Shown piece after piece: positions 63,486 to 64,000 of a DNA stretch of 64,000 nucleotides (within the stretch, counting starts at the first letter, position 1; the number at the start of each line of letters is the position of its first letter). The stretch spans positions 83,328 through 147,327 of the forward strand of contig CAWGGP010000001.1 of assembly GCA_963822075.1 (NCBI GenBank), in the 5' to 3' direction. Both the position numbers and the translations under genes were made by a program. The DNA is from Candidatus Aminicenantes bacterium (GTDB taxonomy: Bacteria; Acidobacteriota; Aminicenantia; UBA2199). The notes beneath the pieces were generated by a model that was given only the letters and a program-made list of their open reading frames with translations, made no database searches and had not been told where the DNA came from.

Positions 63486-64000
63486 TTGACCGATCCAGGT
63501 TCCAGCCAGCCGGGCAGCCCCGACGATCTGTCCGTATCCGCCGATCTGTCCCCGGACAAGATCAACCGCCTGATGCCGTTCAAGGTAAAAAAATTCCTGC
63601 TGGTGGCCAGCCTGTACGATTATTTCATGCTGGAGGAAGACGGGCGCCTGCAGGACCTGCTGTTGCGGACATACCAGCAATGGCACCTGGGCTATGTCCC
63701 CCATTTCCTCAGGGTCAGCGGCGGCGAGAACGCCCTGCAGTTGATCAAGAAAGAGAAATTCGACCTGATCGTGGCCGTCATGCGCCTCGGCGACATGGAT
63801 CCCTTTTCGTTCGGCCGCCAGGTGAAGGAAATAGACCCGGAGCTCCCGGTGATCGGCCTGGCCTACAATACCCCGGAGCTGAAGCGGCTGCTGGAGCTGG
63901 ATGACGGCACCGCCCTGGAGAGGATCTTCGTATGGCAGGGCGACGGCCACGTCATGCTGGGGATCATCCAGTTCATCGAGGATCGCCGCAACGCGGCCAA
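63486..64000 (+). CDS. partial CDS: receiver-like N-terminal domain of the kind fused to PEP-utilising/pyruvate-water-dikinase-type enzymes
   Basis: GGAGG lies 5 nt before the TTG at 63486. The frame is open to the window end and reads KKFLLVASLYDYFMLEEDGRLQDLL...FDLIVAVMRLGDMDPF...ELPVIGLAYN...IFVWQGDGHVMLGIIQFIEDRRN. It is absent from the ORF track because it has no stop. Confidence 0.6.
   Translation, partial: MTDPGSSQPGSPDDLSVSADLSPDKINRLMPFKVKKFLLVASLYDYFMLEEDGRLQDLLLRTYQQWHLGYVPHFLRVSGGENALQLIKKEKFDLIVAVMRLGDMDPFSFGRQVKEIDPELPVIGLAYNTPELKRLLELDDGTALERIFVWQGDGHVMLGIIQFIEDRRNAA

Noticed and set aside
63434-63904. 156-aa plus-strand ORF listed in the track
   Set aside because: Arg/Pro/Gly-rich nonsense. 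A different frame, open from the TTG at 63486 behind a GGAGG, reads as a receiver-like domain and runs to the window end.

Overview
This is a gene-dense 64-kb chromosomal segment, with short intergenic gaps and many 1-8 nt start/stop overlaps. It comes from a diderm bacterium, as shown by lnt, kdsB, a TonB-dependent receptor and several beta-barrel OMPs. It spans the replication-origin neighbourhood: rsmG-parA-parB with two perfect parS sites, then bactofilin, kdsB, pyrG. On the other side lie glnA and dnaA-dnaN-recF-gyrB-gyrA, with DnaA boxes and an AT-rich stretch between dnaA and dnaN. The rest is mostly housekeeping, envelope and transport: maf, a double-length thyX, an NCS2 purine permease, trpS, scpAB, hisC, lpd, NfeD-SPFH-SPOR-lnt and nadA. 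It also holds a TatT-type TRAP transporter, glgA-trxA-trxB, an ECF sigma/anti-sigma envelope module, alr and a cobalamin-riboswitch-controlled btuB-btuF-btuD-btuC operon. I saw no rRNA, tRNA, CRISPR array, transposase, integrase, phage gene or recognisable defence gene. I do not see a compelling wholly new system. The best candidates of unknown function are a tandem family of three paralogous small-domain proteins (14.5-16.7 kb) and a beta-barrel plus PKD-repeat gene pair (35.4-39.3 kb). Other points worth a second look: (i) at least 13 single-base frame disruptions inside conserved genes, all between 12.6 and 44.3 kb, probably consensus indel errors; (ii) a recurring promoter geometry (TTGACx-17-TAnnnT placed 6-13 nt before the ATG) implying leaderless or near-leaderless mRNAs; (iii) an atypical CMPC thioredoxin translationally coupled to glgA; (iv) a strong GC mosaic, with sample lines of about 38% versus about 65% GC. 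All family names come from motif reading by eye, not from database searches.
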